From sequence record MN159079.1: a stretch of DNA of 64,000 nucleotides, one strand, 5' to 3'. Positions 16,548-25,024 of the stretch are shown in pieces. The translations under genes and the position numbers were made by a program. Position 1 is the first letter of the stretch. Every line of letters starts with the position of its first letter. The notes beneath the pieces are model-generated. The model saw only the letters and a list, made by a program, of their open reading frames with translations. It did no database searches and was not told where the DNA came from.

Positions 16548-17693
16548 ATGCATTTCTCTAAACCTCGTTTGGTAGTTGGTTTCGATATGGATGACACCAT
16601 GTGTCAAACCGGCGAATACATCAAACAAGCCATCCGGCATTTCGCCCTCAAAACCAACAACAAAGACTTGTTGGACTACCTGGATCGGACAGTAGAACTT
16701 TCCACTATGCACTACGAACCCTGGGTCAAAGACCTGGTTTGGTCCGAAGTGGTTAGTAATGGTCGCTTCATGCTCGACGCTCTCCCCACTGACATCTGTG
16801 AAAATGGTGGGTTGGTAGATCGTGTCTCCCTTTTCCGTGACGAAGAGTGCAAACACGGTGAAGTCGCACTTGTAATCTGTACTCACCGCGGGTTCCATGA
16901 ACAAGGTAAACTGTTCACCGAGACCTGGCTCAAGGATAGGGGACTGGATTGGGTCTTTGATGAGATTCACTGTATCTCCCCCGAGGAACACAAGGATAAG
17001 ATCAAGTATCTGAAAGAGCAATATCCTGGTTCCCACATCCTGCTGATCGACGACAACCCGATGGGTGAGTCCGCACCTCACACCCCTGCCATGGACGAAC
17101 TTATCATCTACGATAAGTACACCAAGTTCCAGGCGTATAAAGATCAGGTTACCTACCAATCTGATAATCAAGTTATCGAGATCATGCGTGATCGCTTGAA
17201 AAAGCAAACCCCGCTGACTATCGAGATGTATGACAGTGGCAAAAAGATCGAAGCCAAGCACTACCTGGGTGTTGGTCAAATGGTTCGTCAACTCCTGGTT
17301 GTTGAACATCAATACGCCAAGTCTCTTTATGAGACGTCCGGTCTGATCGATCCGAGTACTTCCATCAACGATCTCGTTGAGTATATCTCTGGATACGATA
17401 GCTGCGCTGTCAAATCGTTTATTCTGTTTGCTGATGGCGAACCGGTCGGATTCACCCGAGCTTTCAATGATGGTGACCCGGCGCACTGGAACCTCTGTGC
17501 CTTCGTCATCGACGAAGCTGTTCGGGGGAAAGGTTTCGGTAAACAGTTCGTTCGTCTGGTAGAAAACAAACTCAAGGCCAATGGTGCCGAAGAGATTGTC
17601 CTGGATCACAAATACGATAACAACCAAAGTGCTGCCTTCTGGCAAAAACTTGGTTATATCCCGCACACTGTTGTTTGCTCGAGGAAACTGTAA
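16548..17693 (+). CDS. HAD-superfamily (nucleotidase-like) phosphatase fused to a GNAT acetyltransferase
   Basis: HAD motifs I GFDMDDT, II ICTHR, III K, IV LIDDN; C-terminal GNAT with the acetyl-CoA loop VRGKGFG and NNQSAAFWQKLGY. Confidence 0.85.
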   Translation: MHFSKPRLVVGFDMDDTMCQTGEYIKQAIRHFALKTNNKDLLDYLDRTVELSTMHYEPWVKDLVWSEVVSNGRFMLDALPTDICENGGLVDRVSLFRDEECKHGEVALVICTHRGFHEQGKLFTETWLKDRGLDWVFDEIHCISPEEHKDKIKYLKEQYPGSHILLIDDNPMGESAPHTPAMDELIIYDKYTKFQAYKDQVTYQSDNQVIEIMRDRLKKQTPLTIEMYDSGKKIEAKHYLGVGQMVRQLLVVEHQYAKSLYETSGLIDPSTSINDLVEYISGYDSCAVKSFILFADGEPVGFTRAFNDGDPAHWNLCAFVIDEAVRGKGFGKQFVRLVENKLKANGAEEIVLDHKYDNNQSAAFWQKLGYIPHTVVCSRKL

Positions 17694-18274
17694 TGACCAA
17701 AGCACTCTTTTCCGCAATCTGGGCTCAAACCGCTACTGGCGGTATGGGTATCCACAACACCCTCCCTTGGCCGCACTCTCCTGCCGACATGGAATGGTTC
17801 CGTAAACACACCATGGGGAAACCCATCGTGATGGGTCACAACACCTACAAGTCCTTGGGTATCCATCAACTCAATGGCCGGTTGAACGTTGTGATTTCCA
17901 AGACACAACCAGTGGGTGCGGAACACCTCAATACCTACAACGGTCATGAGACCAATGAAGGGTTGTACTGGATCGAGTCTGTTGAACGTTTCCTGGAAAC
18001 CGTTCCCAGTGTTTGGGACACCAAGGAAATCATGATCATCGGTGGTCCGAAAACTTACGTTGAGTTTAAGGAAGTCATTGAGCGTGTCTACACCACCACC
18101 TTCATGGGTGAGTTCGAAGCCGAGATTGGACTCTGTTCACAGACCGATGCCGAGGAAGCGTTCCACACCGTTTACTATGATGAGTTCTCATCTAAAGAAG
18201 TAGTGTTCCGGATACTGGAGCGTATCGACCCGTCAGACGAACTCGACATCGAGGTGTGGAAAGTTAATGATTGA
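17693..18274 (+). CDS. folA: Dihydrofolate reductase
   Basis: AIWAQ...GMG..NTLPWP...DMEWFRKHT.GKPIVMGHNTYKSL...L.GRLNVVIS...IIGG; TAATG coupling to HAD-GNAT. Confidence 0.93.
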   Translation: MTKALFSAIWAQTATGGMGIHNTLPWPHSPADMEWFRKHTMGKPIVMGHNTYKSLGIHQLNGRLNVVISKTQPVGAEHLNTYNGHETNEGLYWIESVERFLETVPSVWDTKEIMIIGGPKTYVEFKEVIERVYTTTFMGEFEAEIGLCSQTDAEEAFHTVYYDEFSSKEVVFRILERIDPSDELDIEVWKVND

Positions 18275-18503
18275 TCCAAGCATTTACGTTTCCATTCTGG
18301 TGATCATCGCTGCCATCGTCTGGTTGGTGATAGGTGTGAATATCTCAGCCAGAGTTCATTGGGCTTTTGGGACCTCGCATAACACCATGCGATTTGGTTC
18401 GCGTCTGAAGAACAACGCCATTTTCATCGGCAACGCTGTCTTTTGGCCATGGTTGGGATTGTTCTTTCTCTACGCAATCCTCGAAGCAAATTTCGATCGT
18501 TAA
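18267..18503 (+). CDS. Small two-TM membrane protein
   Basis: Hydrophobic helices, FWPW motif; overlaps the DHFR stop. Confidence 0.7.
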   Translation: MIDPSIYVSILVIIAAIVWLVIGVNISARVHWAFGTSHNTMRFGSRLKNNAIFIGNAVFWPWLGLFFLYAILEANFDR

Positions 18504-18509
18504 TAAATA

Positions 18510-18541
18510 GCTCTTTGGGGTTTCGACCCCAAAGAGTTTTT
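18510..18541 (+). terminator. Intrinsic terminator
   Basis: GCTCTTTGGGGT-TTCG-ACCCCAAAGAGT-TTTT. Confidence 0.85.
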
Positions 18542-18563
18542 ATTTGTCTATAGTTTTTGAAGC

Positions 18564-18579
18564 AGATATTATTAGGGTG
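18564..18579 (+). promoter_or_regulatory. Putative phage early promoter, copy 5
   Basis: TTTTTGAAGC-AGATATTATTAGGGTG. Confidence 0.65.
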
Positions 18580-18599
18580 TAAACAACAGGAGAACTCTC

Positions 18600-18692
18600 A
18601 TGGGATACTTTATATTGCTTTTGCTTTTGATCGCTGTTCTGGTTAAACTGAGCCGGATAGAAAAGAAGTTGGGGAGAAAGAAAGATGTCTGA
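18600..18692 (+). CDS. 30-aa single-TM peptide (below the ORF track cutoff)
   Basis: AGGAG RBS; MGYFILLLLLIAVLVKLSRIEKKLGRKKDV; its stop overlaps the ClpP-like start. Confidence 0.65.
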   Translation: MGYFILLLLLIAVLVKLSRIEKKLGRKKDV

Positions 18693-19407
18693 TCAAGAAA
18701 AACCTGTTATCAAGATTAACACATTCAGCTTCTTGTGTGACATCGATGATCAGGCGTTGCACAAGTTCTTCGAGTTCTACGACTCGATGTCTGTCAAAGA
18801 CGGATTGATAATCAATGTCTCGAGTGATGGCGGGAACCCGGAAGTAACACTGAAGATCCAAGACTTCGTGACATCCAGGAACCGTCCCACTCTGGTTGTT
18901 GCAATCGGTGATTGTTCCAGCGCTGCGATGGGATTCTTCGGAATACGAGGAACCACCAGACTCGCGTACAGCAGTTGTCGGTTCATGGAACATCAACTCT
19001 TACTGAACACTCCCAAGATGAGTATTGAATCCATCTGCTCGTCCATTGATGAAGTTCAGTCCAGATCCCATCTCTTTGAGCAACGTCTCACCAACTGGTG
19101 TGGGTTGAGGGAAGAGGAGTGTAAAGAACTCTTCAGTCCAAACGACCTTTACTTTGATGCAATCGATGCATTGATGTTTGGGACTCGTGGTATTATTGAC
19201 GGGATCATCATCCGTCAACTGGACGACTTCGAGTGGATCGTTCTCACCAGGGACGGGTTCAAACGTTTCATGTTCCCCAGGGATATCATCGATGAGAACC
19301 CGGTATTAACAGATGAGGAGTTAAAAGAATATGGGTTGAAACCCTATAAACCCGATAACGTTATCAAAGCGATAGAGCGACGTAAACATCGTCAAAGTCT
19401 CGCTTAA
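18685..19407 (+). CDS. ClpP-like (S14/crotonase-fold) serine protease
   Basis: INVSSDGG, VVAIGDCSSAAM (Ser), FMEHQ (His), NDLYFDAIDA..FG..IIDGII (Asp), colinear with ClpP. Confidence 0.8.
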   Translation: MSDQEKPVIKINTFSFLCDIDDQALHKFFEFYDSMSVKDGLIINVSSDGGNPEVTLKIQDFVTSRNRPTLVVAIGDCSSAAMGFFGIRGTTRLAYSSCRFMEHQLLLNTPKMSIESICSSIDEVQSRSHLFEQRLTNWCGLREEECKELFSPNDLYFDAIDALMFGTRGIIDGIIIRQLDDFEWIVLTRDGFKRFMFPRDIIDENPVLTDEELKEYGLKPYKPDNVIKAIERRKHRQSLA

Positions 19408-19436
19408 TCACAACACACTTAATAAAGGAACCAGAC

Positions 19437-21065
19437 ATGTCCATTCTGAATGATGTAACTTATACCAACCGTGCCGGCACTCGTGAAATCATCGACGAGG
19501 TTGTCCAGGAGGCATTCGATAGCGTTTGTTCCACCATGGGTCCGGATGGTAACTACGTCGTGATCAACCAATCCAACGTTCCGGTTACCACCAAAGACGG
19601 TGCTTCCGTAGCCAAGGCATTGGACTTCGGTGAAACCCGTCGGAACATGATCGCGCAACTGGTTCGCGAACCGAGTCTCCGAGTAGAGCGTGAAGTCGGT
19701 GATGGTACTACCACCACTGTCTTCATGACCACCAAGCTCTATCAGGCGTTCTGTGACAACATGACTTTCCGTGAAATCCGTTTCATCGATTCCATGGTTG
19801 GTAAAGCGCTCGAGGCGCTCCGGAAACTGATCATCCCGGTCAAAGCGAGCTCCCCCGAGTTTAAGCTCATGTTGACTACCACTGCGAACTATGAGACCGA
19901 GATCGTTGAACGCATCCTGGAACTCTATCAGGGCGATGCTCTCCCGAACATCACGCTTCGGAAGAATCCGAGTATCCCCGAGGACCGTGTTGAGCGTGTC
20001 ACTGATCTCCGTTACAACGGCGCGTATCCATCACCTGAAATTCAGGCTATGAGTAAAGCTCCTCGTAGCCGGATTACTTTTGGTGCTGGTACAACCGTGG
20101 TCGTGGTCGACAGTAACATCGAGACCATCCAGATGGGTGATCTGGCACGTTTGGCACAACCTGGTGGGGATCCGGTAGTTATCATCGCTACCAGCTTCTC
20201 TATGGCGGCCATCCAGGCTATCAAGGGTTACTACCAGATGGCTAACGAAGAGGCACTGAAAGCACTCCAGGCTGATAAGAGTGCCAATGTCGCATTGACT
20301 GCACCTATTGTTCCGTTCACTGTTCAAGCAGGCGGGACTCTGGGGAAAGCAATGTTGCTGGAAATGGCACAACTGCTGGGTCTGACAACCGCGGTCGATC
20401 TGTCCAATGGTATCACCCTCGCCAAAGAGTGTGATGCTCCTTTCGTTCTGAGTCAAGACGGTGTGACCATTCCTCGGGAATGCGAGCATGTGGAAACTCG
20501 CCGGAAAGAGATGTTGGAAATCAACACCGCCCAGTACGAAGAGCTCGATCAAGCTACTCGTCAAAAGGCACCCGGCCTGATGCTGTTCGAACGCATCGGG
20601 ATTCTTTCTGGTACCAACATCACTGTCAGTGTGACCGGCCAAACAGAAAGTGACTGTTCTGAACGTTACTATCGTTACGAGGACGTCATCACCGCTGCCC
20701 GTAGTTCACTCGGGTTCGGTGTACTTCCTGGTATCGGTTGGGGGTATCTGCAAGCAGCTAAAGAAGTCGAGGACCACTTTTACGAAGTGGGGATCACCCA
20801 GAACCAACGTATCCTGATGGATAAGTTCCTGGATGTTCTTCGTGCCCAGTACACTTACCTCACCGGTAATGTTTACCGTGACATGGATCGTGTCTCTTTC
20901 CTGGATCTCACCACTGGTGAAGAATCCAAGGATCCTGGCAAGGTCTATGATAACGCCGCTGCAACCTGTCTCGCTCTTGAGAGTGGTTGGGGCGCTGCCA
21001 AGACCCTGGGTAAACTGAGTACCATCACTGGTCGTGGCGATACCAACTATCTCCACAAGCGTTAA
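19437..21065 (+). CDS. groEL: Phage-encoded group I-like chaperonin (GroEL-like)
   Basis: STMGPDG, TTKDGASVAK, ATP-binding GDGTTT, RYEDVITAAR...GVLPG; 542 aa; no GGM tail. Confidence 0.9.
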   Translation: MSILNDVTYTNRAGTREIIDEVVQEAFDSVCSTMGPDGNYVVINQSNVPVTTKDGASVAKALDFGETRRNMIAQLVREPSLRVEREVGDGTTTTVFMTTKLYQAFCDNMTFREIRFIDSMVGKALEALRKLIIPVKASSPEFKLMLTTTANYETEIVERILELYQGDALPNITLRKNPSIPEDRVERVTDLRYNGAYPSPEIQAMSKAPRSRITFGAGTTVVVVDSNIETIQMGDLARLAQPGGDPVVIIATSFSMAAIQAIKGYYQMANEEALKALQADKSANVALTAPIVPFTVQAGGTLGKAMLLEMAQLLGLTTAVDLSNGITLAKECDAPFVLSQDGVTIPRECEHVETRRKEMLEINTAQYEELDQATRQKAPGLMLFERIGILSGTNITVSVTGQTESDCSERYYRYEDVITAARSSLGFGVLPGIGWGYLQAAKEVEDHFYEVGITQNQRILMDKFLDVLRAQYTYLTGNVYRDMDRVSFLDLTTGEESKDPGKVYDNAAATCLALESGWGAAKTLGKLSTITGRGDTNYLHKR

Positions 21066-21070
21066 TTGAA

Positions 21071-21092
21071 AGGGAACCCTTCGGGGTTCCCT
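21071..21092 (+). terminator. Intrinsic terminator
   Basis: AGGGAACCC-TTCG-GGGTTCCCT followed by a pyrimidine run. Confidence 0.8.
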
Positions 21093-21167
21093 CTCTTCTT
21101 TATACATTTTATTTTTGTCTCCAACCGGTATCTGTTGTAACTCAATTACCAACTAAAGGAATGAGCG

Positions 21168-22010
21168 ATGTCTAAAGTGCATTTTATCTATGGTCCCATG
21201 AACAGTTCTAAGACCACCACTTTGATCACCACTGCATACAACTATCGTGAAGAAGCACAGAACCCGGTCATCATGAAACCTTCCCTGGATACTCGGGATG
21301 GCGTTGAACCGATGATAAAGTCTCGTCCTGGTCTGACTGCTGCCTGCCAACTTTTCGACAAGAGTGAGAATCTCTTCGTCAAGGTCGCTGCACTCTCTGG
21401 AGCTACCCAGGAAGAACTGAACTGGCTGGAAGAAAACCTCCCTCCTCGACCCGCACCGGATGTAGCCGAAATGGTCTCTGGTATCAGAACCGCCTGGATC
21501 AACAAGGGGGTGATGCTCAAGGACATCCTCCCTGGCTATGACCAAAGTCGTCTTGACGAACTCAGCGAGATGCTGAAGACCCAGAAAGTCAGGGTGAAAG
21601 AATACCAGTACACCCGCCACCAAACTCTGGAACTCTTCGGGACCCGCATCAATAAAACCATCGACTGTGTTCTGGTTGATGAAGTTCAGTTCCTGACCGA
21701 GGAACAGGCCCTCGATCTCCTGGACATCGCCGATTATCTCCGTATCCCTGTAATGGCCTTTGGTCTCCGGAACGACTTCAAGGGGGAGATCTTCCCTGCC
21801 TCCAAGATCCTGATGGCTCAGGCAGAAGTCTGTAAAGAGAACAAGGGTGTGTGCTGGTGTGGTCGTAAGGCTACCCACGTACTCCGCATAGCCGAAGATG
21901 GTACTGTGGATACTGATGGTCCTCAGGTTAAGGTTGGTGGTAATGACACCTACAAATCCGTCTGTCGCTATCACCACCGTGCAGGTATGTATCGTAAACC
22001 AGGGATTTAA
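21168..22010 (+). CDS. tdk: Thymidine kinase (TK1/type II) with an insertion of about 80 aa
   Basis: GPMNSSKT P-loop, VLVDEVQF, GLRNDFKG, Zn ligands CWCGRKA and YKSVCRYH. Confidence 0.93.
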   Translation: MSKVHFIYGPMNSSKTTTLITTAYNYREEAQNPVIMKPSLDTRDGVEPMIKSRPGLTAACQLFDKSENLFVKVAALSGATQEELNWLEENLPPRPAPDVAEMVSGIRTAWINKGVMLKDILPGYDQSRLDELSEMLKTQKVRVKEYQYTRHQTLELFGTRINKTIDCVLVDEVQFLTEEQALDLLDIADYLRIPVMAFGLRNDFKGEIFPASKILMAQAEVCKENKGVCWCGRKATHVLRIAEDGTVDTDGPQVKVGGNDTYKSVCRYHHRAGMYRKPGI

Positions 22011-22044
22011 TAGCTGAAGATTTAACATGGAGGATATTTCAGAC

Positions 22045-22060
22045 CGATATTACTATAGTG
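22045..22060 (+). promoter_or_regulatory. Putative phage early promoter, copy 6
   Basis: CGATATTACTATAGTG upstream of ORF 22110. Confidence 0.55.
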
Positions 22061-22109
22061 AAGATACATAGGGTATCTCATTAATGTAACTACATCGGAG
22101 AAATATAAC

Positions 22110-22799
22110 ATGGCTATCATCACTATCAAATCTGTATCCCTGGTTGGCGTTTCCAAGTTCGTTCGTGCCTTCGCCTTTGACGAAGATAAGATGGGTGTTC
22201 ACCAGGCCATCATGGAAACTCCTGAGTATAAGGAGCTTTCCAAACTGACCGATATGAGTCAGTATGACAAAGACGTTTGTGCAATGGACTACGAAATCAA
22301 ATTCGAATCCATCCGTCACAAACATCATCCGCTGAACAATCAAACTCTGCGTCAGCAAGTCTGGTACACCACCCTGGAAATCGTTAAAGAGGAGAAGATC
22401 AAATTGGAACCCATCGAAATCAAAGTACCGCGTATCAAGGTTGAAAGCTACACCCGTGAATTGGACTTCGGTCGTCAGTACCGCAGCCTGCACGCCAACA
22501 AGATCACCAAGTCCAAGAACTACACCGGTATGGCTGTAGGTGCCCTGGCTGCCGTTGGTCTGGAAGTGCTGGCTGAAGACAGCAATGCCGCCTCCATCGT
22601 AGCTGCTGCTGCCGGTGCTGGACTGGGTGCCCTGGCTGTATCCAACGCCGCCGACATGATGGACGACAACCTGGCCAACTCTGCACTGCTGGGTCTGTAC
22701 ACCATGTCCGCCGGGATCATGTTCGGTCGCATCACCGCCGTACTGACTGCCGATAAAGAAGTCGAGCAGGTTTCAGCAGAATACGCCGACGAGCTGTAA
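22110..22799 (+). CDS. Hypothetical protein with C-terminal Gly/Ala-rich hydrophobic helices
   Basis: GGAG RBS; GMAVGALAAVG...AAAAGAGLGALAV glycine-zipper-like segment. Confidence 0.8.
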   Translation: MAIITIKSVSLVGVSKFVRAFAFDEDKMGVHQAIMETPEYKELSKLTDMSQYDKDVCAMDYEIKFESIRHKHHPLNNQTLRQQVWYTTLEIVKEEKIKLEPIEIKVPRIKVESYTRELDFGRQYRSLHANKITKSKNYTGMAVGALAAVGLEVLAEDSNAASIVAAAAGAGLGALAVSNAADMMDDNLANSALLGLYTMSAGIMFGRITAVLTADKEVEQVSAEYADEL

Positions 22800-22806
22800 G
22801 AGATAT

Positions 22807-22833
22807 CCCTCCTGCCAATGGCAGGAGGGTTTC
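22807..22833 (+). terminator. Intrinsic terminator
   Basis: CCCTCCTGCC-AAT-GGCAGGAGGG-TTT. Confidence 0.8.
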
Positions 22834-22922
22834 TTATTTCACATTTAATTTTTCATTATATGAACTCCGCATCCTTTCTATTGGGAGAGTGCGACTCATA
22901 ACTTTTGCACAAGGATATACGA

Positions 22923-23531
22923 ATGCAATCAGTTAACCTGAAGAAACCCGTGGACTACTTCATCAATATTCTTCGTGAATATCGTCCGATGTCTCTGTTC
23001 GAGGACACTCCCGACAACAAGGATATCATCCTGTCCAACTGGACTACTGACGCCGATGGCGTTAGCGATGTTGTGGTTCGTTCCGAAGTAACCGCCAACC
23101 AAAAGACCGAACAAGTCAAGTTCCAAGCAGGCACCCTGCTGGGAATGTTGCGTGGCGTTGCCAAGGAATACACCGAGGAAGGTGTTGATGTCGGCCTGTA
23201 CCTCATCGAGAACGAGCTCGCGCTCTTTATCGAAGAAGGTAACCAGGATTTCGTAGCCGCACTGGAATGCACTGGCTATCAGTTCGATGAAGGCAACCTC
23301 AGCTTTGGTAGCTCCCCCGAGGGTGACGAAGATGTGGGCGTCGCTGGTATTCTCCACATCGAGTATCCCTTTGTGGTCGGTAAGATCCCCGTCTATGTGA
23401 TCGCCGATGCCCCGGTAGAAGAGGAATCCGAAGAACCCTCCCAGGAGGAAGAGAAGGAAGTCACTCAACAACCGGTACAGAAACAACATTACGGTCATCA
23501 AGGCCGTAAGAACAAACAAAAGCACAACTGA
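22923..23531 (+). CDS. Hypothetical acidic protein with a basic C-terminal tail
   Basis: AAGGA RBS before ATG 22923; Glu-rich segment then HQGRKNKQKHN. Confidence 0.8.
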   Translation: MQSVNLKKPVDYFINILREYRPMSLFEDTPDNKDIILSNWTTDADGVSDVVVRSEVTANQKTEQVKFQAGTLLGMLRGVAKEYTEEGVDVGLYLIENELALFIEEGNQDFVAALECTGYQFDEGNLSFGSSPEGDEDVGVAGILHIEYPFVVGKIPVYVIADAPVEEESEEPSQEEEKEVTQQPVQKQHYGHQGRKNKQKHN

Positions 23532-23560
23532 TCATTGATGCTTATTAGTTAACACGCACA

Positions 23561-23594
23561 AATACCAAGGCTGGGGAAACCCGGTCTTGGTATT
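23561..23594 (+). terminator. Hairpin, probable terminator
   Basis: AATACCAAGGCTGGG-GAAA-CCCGGTCTTGGTATT. Confidence 0.75.
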
Positions 23595-23623
23595 AACTTT
23601 CTATGCCCTATTTATTTATAGAT

Positions 23624-23639
23624 CGATATTATTACAGTG
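23624..23639 (+). promoter_or_regulatory. Putative phage early promoter, copy 7
   Basis: CGATATTATTACAGTG after the terminator. Confidence 0.65.
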
Positions 23640-23707
23640 ACGAACAACTCCATGTTCATTCAATGCAGTCATACGTACTGTCAACCATAACGTATTAGAG
23701 GTCTATT

Positions 23708-24439
23708 ATGATTAACGAACAAATGCTTGCTGGTGCCATTCGTAAGGCGATCGAACCCCTGACTTCAATCGAGGATAACAACCTCTTTATGTTTGAAGTA
23801 GGTCAGGTACTCTGTCGGTTTAAAACCAACGTTTACATGATGTTGGACGAAGACATGTGTTACCGAGATCCCAACGAGCTGATTAACTTTGTCATCACTG
23901 CTGGTGCGGACGTTGTTAATGCGGGCGGGTACACTGAGATCATTAAACGTGACCGAACCGTTCTTCGGATTTCTGGTGTTCATGATTACGGTGCGACTAC
24001 CCTGGAACAGGGACACGAGTTCTTGTACAACGAAGATATCAGCGATCTCATCCCTGCCGACCGTTTGGTCAGAATGCACGATACCCATTTCATGAGTGCA
24101 CGTCAAGAAGGGGAAGGTGCACCCAAGAACGATCTGGAACGATTCGAATCCTTAGGGTTCAATCTGGAAAGTGCTCACGGTTATCATTTCAACACTGATC
24201 GTTTCCTGGATTCCAGGGCCACTGTAAGTATGACCATCAGTGGTCGTGTCTTCGCTGCGGCGTACGCTAAGAAGCGTCGTGAAACAGCCGAACGTCATCC
24301 TGGGTCTGAAGGTCGTTATCTCAGTCAGGGTCGTGAAGCTAATCGGTTGCAACGACTGGAAGATGAAAGTAATCCTGTTCCGGAAGAACGTCCTGGTTTA
24401 TCCGGTCGTCAGTTCCACATGCAATTCATGGCTAAGTAA
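23708..24439 (+). CDS. Hypothetical protein
   Basis: GAGG RBS, 243 aa. Confidence 0.75.
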   Translation: MINEQMLAGAIRKAIEPLTSIEDNNLFMFEVGQVLCRFKTNVYMMLDEDMCYRDPNELINFVITAGADVVNAGGYTEIIKRDRTVLRISGVHDYGATTLEQGHEFLYNEDISDLIPADRLVRMHDTHFMSARQEGEGAPKNDLERFESLGFNLESAHGYHFNTDRFLDSRATVSMTISGRVFAAAYAKKRRETAERHPGSEGRYLSQGREANRLQRLEDESNPVPEERPGLSGRQFHMQFMAK

Positions 24440-24448
24440 GGAATGTAA

Positions 24449-25015
24449 ATGAGTAATCTCGTAATCTTAGAAACCAAGGGCAGGGGTTTTTGGAAACCCA
24501 TAATTTCCGAAGATGGTGCCAAGTGGGTCGAAACAAATGTTCCCCCTCACTTTGGTTCCATCCAGGCGCACTCCACAATCATGTCGGTGGGCTATCACTG
24601 GAAGAAACATGCTGTACTGTTTAGCATCATGGGTACCTTGCGTGGATACGACATCTTTATTAACGCATGGTCCCTTACAACCGACACCTGTACCCCTCGT
24701 CTGGTAAGAGTAAGGTTGGAAGGTCAACCACTTGGATGGCTTTCCAAAGAGGAATCCCTGCGGTACCTCAAACGTTGGTTGTTGAGTGAAGGGCTCTACA
24801 CAGTGGCAGGTTATCCTCCCAGAACCAGGAAGATGATCTATCAGATGCTGGAGGAGATAAAGGATGATCACGTAACCACTTACTACCCTGGCTATCTATA
24901 CAGGTTAAGTAAACATCATGGTCGTTGGCGTTTATCTCACGACGGAAAAGTTTGCCTGGATATCAATCATCTCAATCAAATCACTCAAGCCAATCTGTAC
25001 CATTTGGCCGTGTAA
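24449..25015 (+). CDS. Hypothetical protein
   Basis: AAGGA RBS, 188 aa. Confidence 0.75.
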   Translation: MSNLVILETKGRGFWKPIISEDGAKWVETNVPPHFGSIQAHSTIMSVGYHWKKHAVLFSIMGTLRGYDIFINAWSLTTDTCTPRLVRVRLEGQPLGWLSKEESLRYLKRWLLSEGLYTVAGYPPRTRKMIYQMLEEIKDDHVTTYYPGYLYRLSKHHGRWRLSHDGKVCLDINHLNQITQANLYHLAV

Positions 25016-25024
25016 GGAATAACC

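Noticed and set aside
13638-18274. Possible DNA hypermodification cluster (TS-like enzyme + HAD + GNAT)
   Set aside because: The TS keeps the dUMP-specifying Asn and has a partner DHFR, as in ordinary ThyA. I saw no glycosyltransferase, aGPT-Pplase or P-loop kinase modification genes. Only nucleoside LC-MS could revive the idea.
21375-21640. Intein or intron as the cause of the TK and ThyA insertions
   Set aside because: No intein splice-junction residues, no homing-endonuclease motifs, and the reading frames are continuous.
24270-24420. Weak repeat ERHPGSEGR / ERPGLSGR at the end of ORF 23708
   Set aside because: Two short, degenerate copies only; compatible with low-complexity drift.
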